Below are positions 14,312 to 24,402 of a stretch of DNA of 64,000 nucleotides, one piece after another (within the stretch, counting starts at the first letter, position 1; every line of letters starts with the position of its first letter). Origin of the DNA: Bacillota bacterium. Its GTDB lineage: Bacteria > Bacillota > Dethiobacteria > DTU022 > PWGO01. The stretch is taken from NCBI GenBank assembly GCA_012518215.1, contig JAAYSV010000024.1, positions 2,340-66,339 of the forward strand, in the 5' to 3' direction. The notes below the pieces were generated by a model, which was not told the DNA's origin, ran no database searches, and saw only the letters and a program-made list of their open reading frames with translations. Both the position numbers and the translations under genes were made by a program.

Positions 14312-14319
14312 AAAAAAAA

Positions 14320-14393
14320 TGGAGGCGACACCCGGATTCGAACCGGGGATAAAGGATTTGCAGTCCTCTGCCTTACCGCTTGGCTATGTCGCC
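14320..14393 (-). tRNA. tRNA-Cys (anticodon GCA)
   Basis: Reverse complement GGCGACATAGCCAAGCGGTAAGGCAGAGGACTGCAAATCCTTT...GGTTCGAATCC...TCCA; anticodon loop CTGCAAA. Confidence 0.8.
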
Positions 14394-14400
14394 TGAAAAA

Positions 14401-14475
14401 TGGAGCGGAAGACGGGATTCGAACCCGCGACCCTCGCCTTGGCAAGGCGATGCTCTACCACTGAGCCACTTCCGC
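14401..14475 (-). tRNA. tRNA-Gly (anticodon GCC)
   Basis: Reverse complement GCGGAAGTGGCTCAGTGGTAGAGC...TCGCCTTGCCAAGGCGA...GGTTCGAATCC...CTCCA; anticodon loop TTGCCAA. Confidence 0.8.
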
Positions 14476-14488
14476 TTATATTATTGTA

Positions 14489-14564
<76 letters not shown>

Positions 14565-14567
14565 AGC

Positions 14568-14643
14568 TGGCGGAGCTGACGGGAATTGAACCCGCGATCT
14601 CCGGCTTGACAGGCCGGCATGTTAACCGCTACACCACAGCTCC
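14568..14643 (-). tRNA. tRNA-Asp (anticodon GTC)
   Basis: Reverse complement GGAGCTGTGGTGTAGCGGTTAACAT..CCGGCCTGTCAAGCCGG..GGTTCAATTCC..GCCA; anticodon loop CTGTCAA. Confidence 0.8.
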
Positions 14644-14824
14644 GGACTCTAAAGGATTATATCTGATAATGTAAATAAAGTCAATCGGGACAGGGGCAAA
14701 TCTTTGATCGTGTCCACTGTATGCTCGCGGTGTATTTCGATACCCCCGGTTCCGGCTCCGTTCTGAAAATTGCCATGGGCCGCCACTGCAAACACCATGG
14801 AAGGCGATGCACACATCGTTCATT

Positions 14825-15499
14825 TTATTTTTTCAAATTACTGTTCTCCCTGCTATCGGCAGTGCTGTAATAAACCAGGCTCTGCAACTCATTGGTCAAA
14901 TCCACGTTATGCACGAATACGTTCTCCGGCACACTGATATTCAACGGCGCAAAATTCAATATGGCTTTTATTCCATACCCAACTACCAGATCAATTACCT
15001 CCTGGGCGACATCGACGGGAACGCTTATGATAGCCACTTTGACATCCCTTGTTTCTATGGTCTGTTCAATCTTTTCCATGGGTTGAATGCGGATACCAAC
15101 CACTGTCTGGCCAATTACTTCAGGGTCGTTGTCGAAGATACCTGCAATATCGATATAAGGGTTTTTTGTTATGATATATCTCGCAAAAGCAATTCCCAGA
15201 TGCCCGGCCCCGATCAAAACGGCATTTCTTACTTTTTCCAGACCGGTTATTTTCAACAATTTTTCCCTCAGATAGCCCGTTCTGTATCCTACTCCCCTCG
15301 TTCCAAAAGCGCCATAATAAGCCAGATCCTTTCTGATCTGTTCAGCGGAAAAACCGGTTTCCCGGCTCAGTTGATGCGAGGATATAATGGTAATATCCCG
15401 CTTTTTCAGGTCATCGAGGATACGCAAATAAATGGGTAGTCTTTTTATGATCCACTTTGGAGGCAACTGGCGAAGCATGGAATCCCCCCTTGACACCAT
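14825..15499 (-). CDS. rex: redox-sensing transcriptional repressor Rex
   Basis: Winged-helix N-terminus (IIKRLPIYLRIL..) plus Rossmann NADH-binding domain (VLIGAGHLG); typical Rex length. Confidence 0.85.
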   Translation of the reverse strand: MVSRGDSMLRQLPPKWIIKRLPIYLRILDDLKKRDITIISSHQLSRETGFSAEQIRKDLAYYGAFGTRGVGYRTGYLREKLLKITGLEKVRNAVLIGAGHLGIAFARYIITKNPYIDIAGIFDNDPEVIGQTVVGIRIQPMEKIEQTIETRDVKVAIISVPVDVAQEVIDLVVGYGIKAILNFAPLNISVPENVFVHNVDLTNELQSLVYYSTADSRENSNLKK

Positions 15500-15676
15500 T
15501 CTGGCTGTTATTTTAAATCAGAACAAAAACAGATATTTGTGTATAAATAATATCATCTTTTGTTTGCTTTTACAAATCATACAGAATGCCGGACGGGAAA
15601 ATGGAAATGATTTGAAAACTCGGGTACTTTCACCCCTATCCGGCGGTCCAACAACTGCTCACGGCAAATAGCATGA

Positions 15677-16267
15677 TCATAATTTCTGAATGGCAAACAA
15701 CCGGGGAGGATGGTTTTTTTGATTGATGATGGAATAATGCAAGACCTGATATTGCTTCTGGTCCAGATTCTCAAGCATCCCGGCCAGCTGCTCTCTTTCC
15801 TCCATGCCGCCGGGATGCCCGCTGTAGGACACTATGGTAATGATGCCACCCCTGTTGATCAATCGGAGTGATATATCAACTGCTTTCAATGTTGAGGCAG
15901 GTCTGGTAACCAGATTGTGATTGCCACCGGGGAGATATCCCAGGTTGAACATCACGGCATCAAGCCGTCCGGAGACATGTTTGTCCATATTTTCATGCCC
16001 ATCATTTATCAGCAACACGTGATCAGCAAGATTTTCATTGACCAGTTTGCTCCTGGTAATGTTCAGGGCTTCCCTCTGTATATCAAAAGCATAGACGCGG
16101 CCTTCCCTGCCCACTATTCTGGCCAGCAACAAGGTGTCATTTCCGTTGCCGGCGGTAGCATCGACGGCAGAACCCCCGGGGCCAAGTGTCGCCCCAACAA
16201 GATGTTTTGCAAATTCGATCGCCTTGAGGACAACCATGCCAGGATGCCATCCCTTTCCTTCTTCCAC
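15677..16267 (-). CDS. class I SAM-dependent methyltransferase, YtqB/putative rRNA methylase family
   Basis: SAM-binding motif VDATAGNGNDTLLLA and overall similarity to the Firmicutes YtqB-like (pfam rRNA_methylase) family, 196 aa. Confidence 0.7.
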   Translation of the reverse strand: MEEGKGWHPGMVVLKAIEFAKHLVGATLGPGGSAVDATAGNGNDTLLLARIVGREGRVYAFDIQREALNITRSKLVNENLADHVLLINDGHENMDKHVSGRLDAVMFNLGYLPGGNHNLVTRPASTLKAVDISLRLINRGGIITIVSYSGHPGGMEEREQLAGMLENLDQKQYQVLHYSIINQKNHPPRLFAIQKL

Positions 16268-16268
16268 A

Positions 16269-16553
16269 TCAATAATAGCATGACCCGTAGTTTATTATTT
16301 CCACCCGGCCGTCGGCTTCCGCGAACTTGATGATTTCTTGCAGCACTTTTTCTGCCCCGGCCCTGTCTGTTGCCGATGTGGCAACTTCTATTTCCGAAAT
16401 CTGCCACAGATCATGGCTGCCGATTTCATTCACGGTAGCATTGAATCTTTGCCTTACGCGCTGCAAAAGGCTCTTGACAATCCTTCGTTTGTCTTTCAGT
16501 GAAGTAGATTCTGCGATATAGATCTCCAGTCTGCAAACCCCGATCATGAACAT
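16269..16553 (-). CDS. DUF503 family protein (YlxP-like)
   Basis: 94-aa protein MF..GVCRLEIYIAESTSLKDKRRIVKSLL.. matching the conserved DUF503 pattern; tightly packed with the upstream methyltransferase gene. Confidence 0.7.
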   Translation of the reverse strand: MFMIGVCRLEIYIAESTSLKDKRRIVKSLLQRVRQRFNATVNEIGSHDLWQISEIEVATSATDRAGAEKVLQEIIKFAEADGRVEIINYGSCYY

Positions 16554-16599
16554 CGTTCCCCATTTTTTTTGCTATAGCCAAAGAGTGGAAGATGATATT

Positions 16600-17124
16600 T
16601 CAATGAAGATGTGGACCGCCCTCATCGGAATCCTCAAAATCAAAAACGCCCTTTTCCTCTACCAGATCATCAATCGAGATCGTGTAAGCGGCAACTTTAT
16701 CGGTAATATAAATAGGGGACCCGACGGTCAGTGCCAACGCTATGGCATCACTTGGACGAGCATCGACAATTATCTCACTGTCGTCTTTGGTGAAATACAA
16801 TTCTGCAAAAAATGTATCATCTTTTATATCGTTAATAATTACTTTGCTTAAACTTGCCCCAAGATGGCTACAGATCGAACTCATAAGGTCGTGGGTCATG
16901 GGGCGGGGCAGCAAATTACCCTGCAGTTTCATAATTATTGCTTGCGCTTCCCAGAAACCAATTCCCACGGGCAGAACAATCGCCTCATCGAAATCTACCA
17001 GTAGTAGCAGAGGGCTATGCGACTGATCCAGAACAACCTCTTTCACCTTCACGGGAATCATACCTGTCACTCCTTTACAAATGTTTTCAGAGATAGTTGG
17101 TGACAATATCGCTGATAAACTCAT
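16600..17124 (-). CDS. bifunctional nuclease (BFN/DUF151) family protein
   Basis: MIPVKVKEVVLDQSHSPLLLLVD....LPVGIGFWEAQAI pattern typical of the BFN domain; true start probably the internal Met (MIPVKV) because the annotated 5' end overlaps the upstream radical SAM gene. Confidence 0.7.
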   Translation of the reverse strand: MSLSAILSPTISENICKGVTGMIPVKVKEVVLDQSHSPLLLLVDFDEAIVLPVGIGFWEAQAIIMKLQGNLLPRPMTHDLMSSICSHLGASLSKVIINDIKDDTFFAELYFTKDDSEIIVDARPSDAIALALTVGSPIYITDKVAAYTISIDDLVEEKGVFDFEDSDEGGPHLH

Positions 17125-18232
17125 CCACAGATAGGCCTTTCCCCTTGACTTGCATGAGCAACACTTCTGCTCTTCTCCTCAGTAATGGATTTTCCCTGTC
17201 TCCGAGGCAGCGGAACACCCCCGTCCGACGCCCCAGGCGGAACAGCTCTCTTTCTTCTTCCGGGAGGGACATGTAAGCATCTATCGTATCTAGCATGGCC
17301 TTTTTACCCTCCGGAAACACCCCTTCGACTTCCTGCAAGAGGTTGAGGATATGATCACTGTGCAATTCACTGCTGATGCCTTCCAGTTTTTCCAGCAATA
17401 TTCTTTCTTCACGCAAAACCTGTTCATCCGCCAATGGGGTAAATGAACCATCCTGCAACGCTTCTATCAAGGGCGAAAAGGGGTGAACGGCCAGCGTGCG
17501 CAGCCTGATATAATCGGGATCAATCTGGTTCAACACTTCCGCTGTTTGCAGAGCATGATCCATCCAGTATTTTTCTCCCCCCAGGCCCAAAATAACATAT
17601 TCACTGAGAATCAACCCGGCTTCCCTGGCTTTCCGTCCTGCCTCCACATGTTCCTCGGCTGTTACCCCTTTTCTCATGAAGCTCAGGACCTCGTTGCAAC
17701 CCGACTCGAGCCCCACATGGACTCGTGTCAATCCGGCCTCCTTTATTGATTTCAATTCTTTCAGGCTTCTTTTCGCCAGAGACTTGGCGCGGGCATAGGT
17801 TGTTATCCTCGTGACACCTCTGATTTTTTCCTTGATATATGTAATTATCTCACCGAGAGTATCGCCATTGTACACCAGGTTATCGGCATCCTGCAGAAAC
17901 ACGGTTCCTTCTGCATTCAACAGCCAGTTGGCCACGGACAACAGTTCCGGCCGCTGATTGTAGATGGTGTTTACTCCCTTTGCTATACCTTGCCCCCCGC
18001 CGCCGCTATCTATTGACAGCAGTTCAGCAGCCTCTTCAACGTGTCTGGCTATGACATCAATATCTTTTTTTATATCCTCCATGGAACGTCGGCTGAATTT
18101 ATCGAATTTGTACACCGGGCAGAACAAACAGCGATTCCAGGGGCAATTGCGGCTTATACGGATCAACAAACTTCCTGCTTCGTTTGGCGGCCTTATCGGC
18201 CCCTGCTCGTAATCATGGGCATGATCAGACAT
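17087..18232 (-). CDS. radical SAM domain protein (uncharacterized subfamily)
   Basis: Cys cluster CPWNRCLFCPVY near N-terminus (Cx4Cx2C variant of the radical SAM motif) followed by TIM-barrel-like region with GGE-like motif. Confidence 0.55.
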   Translation of the reverse strand: MSDHAHDYEQGPIRPPNEAGSLLIRISRNCPWNRCLFCPVYKFDKFSRRSMEDIKKDIDVIARHVEEAAELLSIDSGGGGQGIAKGVNTIYNQRPELLSVANWLLNAEGTVFLQDADNLVYNGDTLGEIITYIKEKIRGVTRITTYARAKSLAKRSLKELKSIKEAGLTRVHVGLESGCNEVLSFMRKGVTAEEHVEAGRKAREAGLILSEYVILGLGGEKYWMDHALQTAEVLNQIDPDYIRLRTLAVHPFSPLIEALQDGSFTPLADEQVLREERILLEKLEGISSELHSDHILNLLQEVEGVFPEGKKAMLDTIDAYMSLPEEERELFRLGRRTGVFRCLGDRENPLLRRRAEVLLMQVKGKGLSVDEFISDIVTNYL

Positions 18233-18501
18233 TTCATCCTCCCGAAAATACTTCTACTAAAGTATAACTGATGGTCATCATATGCACAACAGCTATCGTT
18301 CATGTCAAGAACCGATGTTTCCCATTAAAATCATCGACCCGATGACCACCAACCCCATGTTGGCAAGGTTTGGGGTATTCGCAGCAGCCATGAAGGGTCA
18401 CCGATTGAATTGACCTCGAATGTTTAATATAAAAAGGATATTCAGCAAAATATAACGAAATATTAAGCCAGGATAATATTACAAGCAACCGAGGAGAACA
18501 T

Positions 18502-20286
18502 ATGCCGGAGAAACCTTACGTCATCAACCCCGACCATATCATTTTTGCGCTGGACATCGGAACCCGTACCGTGGTAGGGCTGGTCTGCTATCCCGAGGAA
18601 GACAACCTGCGCATACTGGGCATCGAGCTTCAGGAACATCCCGAAAGAGACATGCTCGATGGCCAGATACACAACATTGCGGGGGTAGCCGAAACCGCCA
18701 AACAGGTCAAAGAACGGCTGGAAAAGAAACTGCAGGTGGAATTGAACCGGGTTTCAGTTTCTGTCGCCGGAAGAACCTTGACCACATTGCAGAAAAAGGC
18801 CGGAAAAATCCTGCCCCCGGAGCACCGTATCCTTCCGGAAGAAATACTGAGCCTGGAGCTGGAAGCAGTCAAAAAAGCGCAGGATGATCTTTCCAACAAC
18901 AGCGTTGAATCGCCCCATTACTGCGTTGGATACACCACCGTTCAGTACCTTCTTGACGGCTACCCGATCTCGAACCTCGTTTCGCAAAAAGGTCAAAAGA
19001 TGGAAACGGATGTCCTGGCCACTTTTCTTCCCAATGCGGTCGTCGACAGCCTGCTCACGGTTATCGAAATGATCGGGCTCTCCTTGCACAGCCTTACCCT
19101 GGAACCCATTGCCGCCATGCATGCCCTTATCCCCCCCGAATACCGCCTTCTGAATATCGCCCTGCTGGACATCGGGGCCGGCACATCCGACATCGCCATC
19201 ACAAACGATGGTTCTATAATAGCTTACGCCATGGTACCCATGGCCGGTGATGAAATTACCGAAAAATTGTCCGCGCATTACCTGCTCGACTTTCAAAGCG
19301 CTGAAAAACTGAAACTTCAGGCATCCTCCCCCAAAGAACAGTATTCCTTCAGGGATATAATCGGCAACACCATCCGGGCCACCCATGAAGAAATTGTTCA
19401 GGTAATAGAACCGGTCGTGGATGAAATTACCGAACAGATATACAGGGCCGTTTTGAAATACAACAAAAAGGAACCGAGTGCCCTCTTCTGTATCGGCGGG
19501 GGCAGTAAAACACCCATGCTGCGTGAAAAATTTGCCGAAAAATTTGGTTTGCCCCGGGAAAGAGTTGCCATCCGGGATTTTGGATCCCTGAAAAATATTG
19601 TTTACAGCGGTGAAAAATTGAAAGGGCCGGAATGTATTACCCCGATGGGCATAGCCCTCTCGTCCCGGGGAAAAAAATATTTTGGTTTCTCGTATGTGAC
19701 CGTGAACGGCAAAGTTGTCCGCCTGCTGGAAACAGAGGCAACCTCCATCGGCAGGGTATTGATTGTCGCCGGTTACAGCCCCCGTTCCCTGATCGCCCTG
19801 CGCGGTGCATCGAAAACAATACTCGTCGGCGGCCGGGAGAAGATCTATCCGGGCAAACCCGGCAAAAATGCCATCATCAGATTGAATGGCGAACCGGCAA
19901 GCCTGGACGCCATCGTTCAGTCCAACGATGAAATCATGGTGGAGCCGGCTACCCCCGGAGAGGAAGCTGTCATCACCATGCAAGATGTCATCAATCACGA
20001 TCACTATTATGTTTTTGTCAAACAAAATAAAATTAAAATCAGACCCCACGTGACGGTCAATGGAGAACTCGCGGACAAACACCGGGAGTTGGCAGATGGT
20101 GATGTGATCGAGATTGAAGGCTTTGGCACGCTGGCCGATCTGAAAAACCGCATGGATGCAGGAATACCCACGCCAACCGAAGAAATAACGATAAACGGAA
20201 AACCGGCGAACGATAAATATCGTATCAAGCCGCTTGATCGTATTGACTGGAATCAACGGAAGACAACACCGCCGTCGCGACTGTAA
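18502..20286 (+). CDS. FtsA-like actin-family ATPase with long C-terminal extension
   Basis: Actin/Hsp70-fold phosphate motifs DIGTRTVVGLV, LLDIGAGTSDIAI and CIGGGSKTP; ~180-aa C-terminal extension of unknown function. Confidence 0.55.
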   Translation: MPEKPYVINPDHIIFALDIGTRTVVGLVCYPEEDNLRILGIELQEHPERDMLDGQIHNIAGVAETAKQVKERLEKKLQVELNRVSVSVAGRTLTTLQKKAGKILPPEHRILPEEILSLELEAVKKAQDDLSNNSVESPHYCVGYTTVQYLLDGYPISNLVSQKGQKMETDVLATFLPNAVVDSLLTVIEMIGLSLHSLTLEPIAAMHALIPPEYRLLNIALLDIGAGTSDIAITNDGSIIAYAMVPMAGDEITEKLSAHYLLDFQSAEKLKLQASSPKEQYSFRDIIGNTIRATHEEIVQVIEPVVDEITEQIYRAVLKYNKKEPSALFCIGGGSKTPMLREKFAEKFGLPRERVAIRDFGSLKNIVYSGEKLKGPECITPMGIALSSRGKKYFGFSYVTVNGKVVRLLETEATSIGRVLIVAGYSPRSLIALRGASKTILVGGREKIYPGKPGKNAIIRLNGEPASLDAIVQSNDEIMVEPATPGEEAVITMQDVINHDHYYVFVKQNKIKIRPHVTVNGELADKHRELADGDVIEIEGFGTLADLKNRMDAGIPTPTEEITINGKPANDKYRIKPLDRIDWNQRKTTPPSRL

Positions 20287-20310
20287 ACAGTTTTTACCCG
20301 GAGAGGAAGG

Positions 20311-20691
20311 CTACTCCCCCTCCCCCTTGTCGGGTAGATAATGCTTTATTTTATCCCATAGCTCCTGTGGACGGAACGGCTTGGTCATGTACGACTCCGC
20401 CCCCAATTCCGCCACCCTTTGACGGTCCTCCATGCCCGTTCTGGCCGTAAGAACGATAATCGGAATATCTTTTGTTTCTTCATTGCTTTTCAAGGTGCGG
20501 CACACTTCAAAACCATCCACCTTGGGAAGCATCAAATCAAGCAAGATCAGATCAGGCTTCCGCTCGTTAACATAATCCAGGGCCTCCTCGCCATCTTCAA
20601 CCACGTGCACATCGTACCCCACTGCCTCCAGACAGGTACGAACACCCAGTATGATATTTTTCTCATCTTCCACCAACAGGATTTCACCCAT
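20311..20691 (-). CDS. response regulator, stand-alone receiver (CheY-like) domain
   Basis: 126 aa; conserved acidic pocket (DE..., phospho-acceptor D in LILLDLMLP) and K near C-terminus (YMTKPF). Confidence 0.8.
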   Translation of the reverse strand: MGEILLVEDEKNIILGVRTCLEAVGYDVHVVEDGEEALDYVNERKPDLILLDLMLPKVDGFEVCRTLKSNEETKDIPIIVLTARTGMEDRQRVAELGAESYMTKPFRPQELWDKIKHYLPDKGEGE

Positions 20692-20714
20692 ATCAATACC
20701 TCCAGTAAATTTGG

Positions 20715-21794
20715 TTACAGTTTTTCCTTCGCGCTCAAAGGCAATGAAAAAGTAAAGGTACTTCCCTGTCCTTCAACGCTTTCCACCCAGATACGCCCGC
20801 CATGAGCTTCCACGACCTCCTGGCAGATAGCAAGCCCGAGCCCCGATCCCCCGGCAGGAGCCTCGCCGTTTTTCACCTGAACGAATTTCTTGAAAATCTT
20901 TTTTTGGTAAAGCCTCGGTATTCCGCACCCGGTATCTATAACTGAAATAAACATACGGTTGCCCGATGGTTTTTTGGCTTTTATCTTTATATTACCCCCT
21001 TCCGGTGTGTAACGGAGAGCATTCCCGATCAAGTTTGTCAACAGCCATATTATTTTGTTGAAGTCCGCCTCGACAGGGGGCAACTGCGAAGGCAGGTCGG
21101 CTGTAATGGTGATTTTTTTTGCTTCCGCCTGTAAAGCCAGCAGACGTATCGCCTCCTCCACCAGTTCCCTCGGGTCCACCGCTTCCTTCTCTATGTTGAT
21201 ACGGCCGGACTCCATCCTGGAAAGTTCCAGCAGGTTGTTGACAAGGTTGTCGAGCCTGTCACAATCTTCCTCGATAGCCCCGACGATCTGCCGGCCCTTT
21301 TCGTTCAATTCCCCCAGCAGGCCTTCCTTCAACATGCCTACCCCGATGGCAATTGAAGCAAGCGGCGTCCTGAATTCATGCGACACGATACTCACAAAAT
21401 TGGCTTTGATTTTTTCCAGCTCGCCAAACCTGGACACATCGGACAGCAGAACCAGAGCACCGGACAGTTTCCCATTTTCAAAGACCGGATTCACGCTTAT
21501 TTTGAAGAAATATTCGATGTTGCGGTCCTCCAACCTTATTGTAGCCGTCTCGTACGAGCTTCCGGAAGGTTCCCCGCTTATCAAAACTTCTTCAACAAGA
21601 TTCGCTATCTTGTAAATTTTGATAGCCTCGTTGAATTTTGTTCCCTGAACCTCGGTCCGTGAAAGATGAAAGACTTTCTCGGCTTTCCGGTTGAGCCATT
21701 CAATACAACCTTTACTGTCGGTCAAAATCAACGGATCCGGTAGAATATCCAGTATTGCTTTTCCGTGAATATCGTCTTTGCTTTCGTTTAACAT
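20715..21794 (-). CDS. PAS-domain sensor histidine kinase
   Basis: HisKA H-box VSHEFRTPLASI, N/G1/G2 boxes of HATPase_c (NLIGNALRYT, DTGCGIP, GGSGLGLAI); N-terminal PAS-like domain; adjacent to receiver gene. Confidence 0.8.
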   Translation of the reverse strand: MLNESKDDIHGKAILDILPDPLILTDSKGCIEWLNRKAEKVFHLSRTEVQGTKFNEAIKIYKIANLVEEVLISGEPSGSSYETATIRLEDRNIEYFFKISVNPVFENGKLSGALVLLSDVSRFGELEKIKANFVSIVSHEFRTPLASIAIGVGMLKEGLLGELNEKGRQIVGAIEEDCDRLDNLVNNLLELSRMESGRINIEKEAVDPRELVEEAIRLLALQAEAKKITITADLPSQLPPVEADFNKIIWLLTNLIGNALRYTPEGGNIKIKAKKPSGNRMFISVIDTGCGIPRLYQKKIFKKFVQVKNGEAPAGGSGLGLAICQEVVEAHGGRIWVESVEGQGSTFTFSLPLSAKEKL

Positions 21795-21901
21795 TCAAAC
21801 CGCCCCTTTTTATCGACAAGAAAGAGCAAATAAATTATGATTTTCTCCCCGCCTGCCTCTGCCTTCAAGAAAAAAACAGAAAGGCTCCCGTCTGGCCGGG
21901 A

Positions 21902-22543
21902 TCAGAACCCCAGCTCTTCCCCGACCAACACTACCTTCAAATTCGTATGCAGGGGTTTCCCTTCAATGATGGTCACCACGTTGCAAATACGCAGATCATG
22001 GTTGCAATCGGTGCATCTCCCCAGGCGGGCACAGGGAAGGTCCAGATTCAACCTGCGGGCATTCAACGGAGAAACTACATTTTTTATCCTGTCAAGTGCA
22101 GAATCAAGATCGGGGACGATCTTGTTGATTCCGGCCACAACAAACACCGTTTCCGGGCCAAAGGCCATGGCCGAGACCCGATTCCCGATACCATCAATAT
22201 TGACCAGCCGCCCATCTTCGGTCAATGCGTTCGTTCCCGTGAGAAAAAATCTGGCCCGTGATGCCCTTCTTCTTACAATTTCGGCCTCTTCCGCCGGGCA
22301 GTTCCAGTGCCAGAGGACATCGCATCTTTTGTGCCGCAACCCATCGATGAGACCGATCTCCTGTATGCTCACGGACCCTCCTACACCCACGGTCTCACCA
22401 TCGGGAATGGCTCTGAGGATCTCTTCCCGCGCCCCCTGTTTGTTTTCCGTAAAACAAACATCAATTCTTCTTCTCTTCAAAGATTCGATCACATCTGCAA
22501 CAACCATATCGGAGAAAACCCGGACCCGTCGGTTCCCGTTCAA
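21902..22543 (-). CDS. LUD (lactate utilization, DUF162) domain protein
   Basis: 213 aa with conserved LUD-domain pattern (…TVGVGGSVS…GLIDG…); 4-bp overlap with the upstream nucleotidyltransferase gene. Confidence 0.6.
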   Translation of the reverse strand: MNGNRRVRVFSDMVVADVIESLKRRRIDVCFTENKQGAREEILRAIPDGETVGVGGSVSIQEIGLIDGLRHKRCDVLWHWNCPAEEAEIVRRRASRARFFLTGTNALTEDGRLVNIDGIGNRVSAMAFGPETVFVVAGINKIVPDLDSALDRIKNVVSPLNARRLNLDLPCARLGRCTDCNHDLRICNVVTIIEGKPLHTNLKVVLVGEELGF

Positions 22544-23655
22544 GGCCTGGCCTTGTTGTTCCTTTCATTATCCACTAGAAATTCGAACTGATCGTTGTCG
22601 ATGATCTTTTTCTCCAGGAACAGGTCGGGCTTCAACTCACACCCCTCTCCCACAATGCAATCCATGAGCTGGCTCCCATGGCCAACACTCACATTTTCCC
22701 AGAAGATGCCTCTTTTGATGATCACATCCTCGTTGATCGTGGTCTTCTTGCCAAGAGTTACCGGTCCGTATATCTGGGCCCCCTTGCCGATAAAACAGTC
22801 ATCTCCAATAACAACAGGGCCAACAATCACCGTTTCGGGATGGATAACCGGCCTTTCGCCAATCCATATATTCGATTCAAAGCGCTTGCCCGGTATATCG
22901 ACCTCCACCAACCCGGTCAACATATCATAATGAGCTTCCCGGTAAACTTCCAGAGTACCTATATCACACCAGTAATTCCTCATCGCGTAACCGGCGATCT
23001 TTTCGCCTTTTCCCAGAAGCTCGGGAAAAACATTGACACCAAAATCAAAAAATTGATCTTCAGGTATGTATGAAAATATCTCGTTTTCGAAGAGGTATAT
23101 CCCCGTGTTGGCCAGGGTGCTGATCGCCTCTTTCAACGTCGGTTTCTCCTGAAATTGTGTAATATAACCTTCGCTGTCCCTCGTAACCACCCCGTAGTAT
23201 GTGGGGTCCGGCACTTTTTTCAGTGCAAGGGTAGCTATTCCCCCATGAGATCGATGATATTCGTGAAACAAATCAAGATTGATATCGGTAAGAGCATCCC
23301 CGCTGACTACCAGGAAGGAATCTTCCCCGAAATAACTTTCAACATTCTTGACTCCGCCTGCAGTACCCAGAAGCTCCTCCTCGTATGAATAGGTAATATT
23401 GACCCCGAAAGGCTCCCCCCCGGCAAAATGCTGGCGTATCGGTTTGGGCATGTAGTGGAGATTGATAATTATGTCGGTAATGCCATATCTTCTCAGCAAC
23501 CTGATCGTATGCTCGAGGCAAGGCCTGCCGGCAAGCTGCACCATGGGCTTTGATACCAGATTGGTCAACGGCCGTAGGCGGGTTCCCAGCCCCGCTGCCA
23601 GAATCATCGCTTTCATACAGATAATCATCCTTTCAAACAGATGTTCTCCATACAA
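22540..23655 (-). CDS. sugar-phosphate nucleotidyltransferase with C-terminal left-handed beta-helix (GlmU/GCD1-like)
   Basis: N-terminal MKAMILAAGLGTRLRPLT nucleotidyltransferase motif (the true start is likely this internal Met) and hexapeptide-repeat C-terminal domain. Confidence 0.7.
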   Translation of the reverse strand: MYGEHLFERMIICMKAMILAAGLGTRLRPLTNLVSKPMVQLAGRPCLEHTIRLLRRYGITDIIINLHYMPKPIRQHFAGGEPFGVNITYSYEEELLGTAGGVKNVESYFGEDSFLVVSGDALTDINLDLFHEYHRSHGGIATLALKKVPDPTYYGVVTRDSEGYITQFQEKPTLKEAISTLANTGIYLFENEIFSYIPEDQFFDFGVNVFPELLGKGEKIAGYAMRNYWCDIGTLEVYREAHYDMLTGLVEVDIPGKRFESNIWIGERPVIHPETVIVGPVVIGDDCFIGKGAQIYGPVTLGKKTTINEDVIIKRGIFWENVSVGHGSQLMDCIVGEGCELKPDLFLEKKIIDNDQFEFLVDNERNNKARP

Positions 23656-24402
23656 GAGTATTGCCTAGTATACCACAACGGCATTTCGCGAAATGAATTG
23701 CGGCCAAAAAATAAGGGCTTTCTCCCTGCAACCAGGAATCAATGCAGAAAGAACGGTGCCCGGCAATCTTTCCAAAATATAATGTACAAAGTATAACCCG
23801 ATACATTTGCTTCAAACAGCAGGTTCCCGGTTCATATATCGAGTAAAATATCTCGACCCCGGTTACGATTGCTTTTGAAAAGGACCTACTTTTGCAATAT
23901 ATGACGGCATTTGTATAAAATACTTTTGACAAAAGGTTGAACTCTCATGGACGATACACCCCGCAAGGGGCACATGGACAGAACCCCTCTATCAAATTGA
24001 TGGTAATATCCAAAATCAGGTCCGGCCTTTCAATCTTTTTCTTTTTTTTGCTCTTCTCCTTTTTTTGCGCTGTCTCTTCAATTGTTTTCTGGATAATGTG
24101 GTCTTAGCTATTGTAAAGCCCTCCCTTTGCAACTTCTTTCAAAGACAACATATATTTTAACCGCAAAATGGTATTAAAGCAACAATATTAACAAACTCGG
24201 CCATATCAACCTCTCTCCAAAAAATTGGAATACCCACACAAATTCAAACCATTTGTTTATTTGTGAAACCTCTGCCTCCGTCCGGGGGCCGCGGCCAACA
24301 CCCCGCTATAAAAGAGTGCAGGACTGACAGGGCGGGGTTCCCTGTCCCATCCCCGGCAAGATTCGGGATCAAAGGAGGATTCTACAAACTTGCTGCAGAA
24401 CT

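Noticed and set aside
18754-20256. 500-aa minus-strand ORF
   Set aside because: Antisense to the FtsA-like gene. The plus-strand frame carries clear actin-fold phosphate-binding motifs, whereas this frame is Gly/Phe-rich low-complexity.
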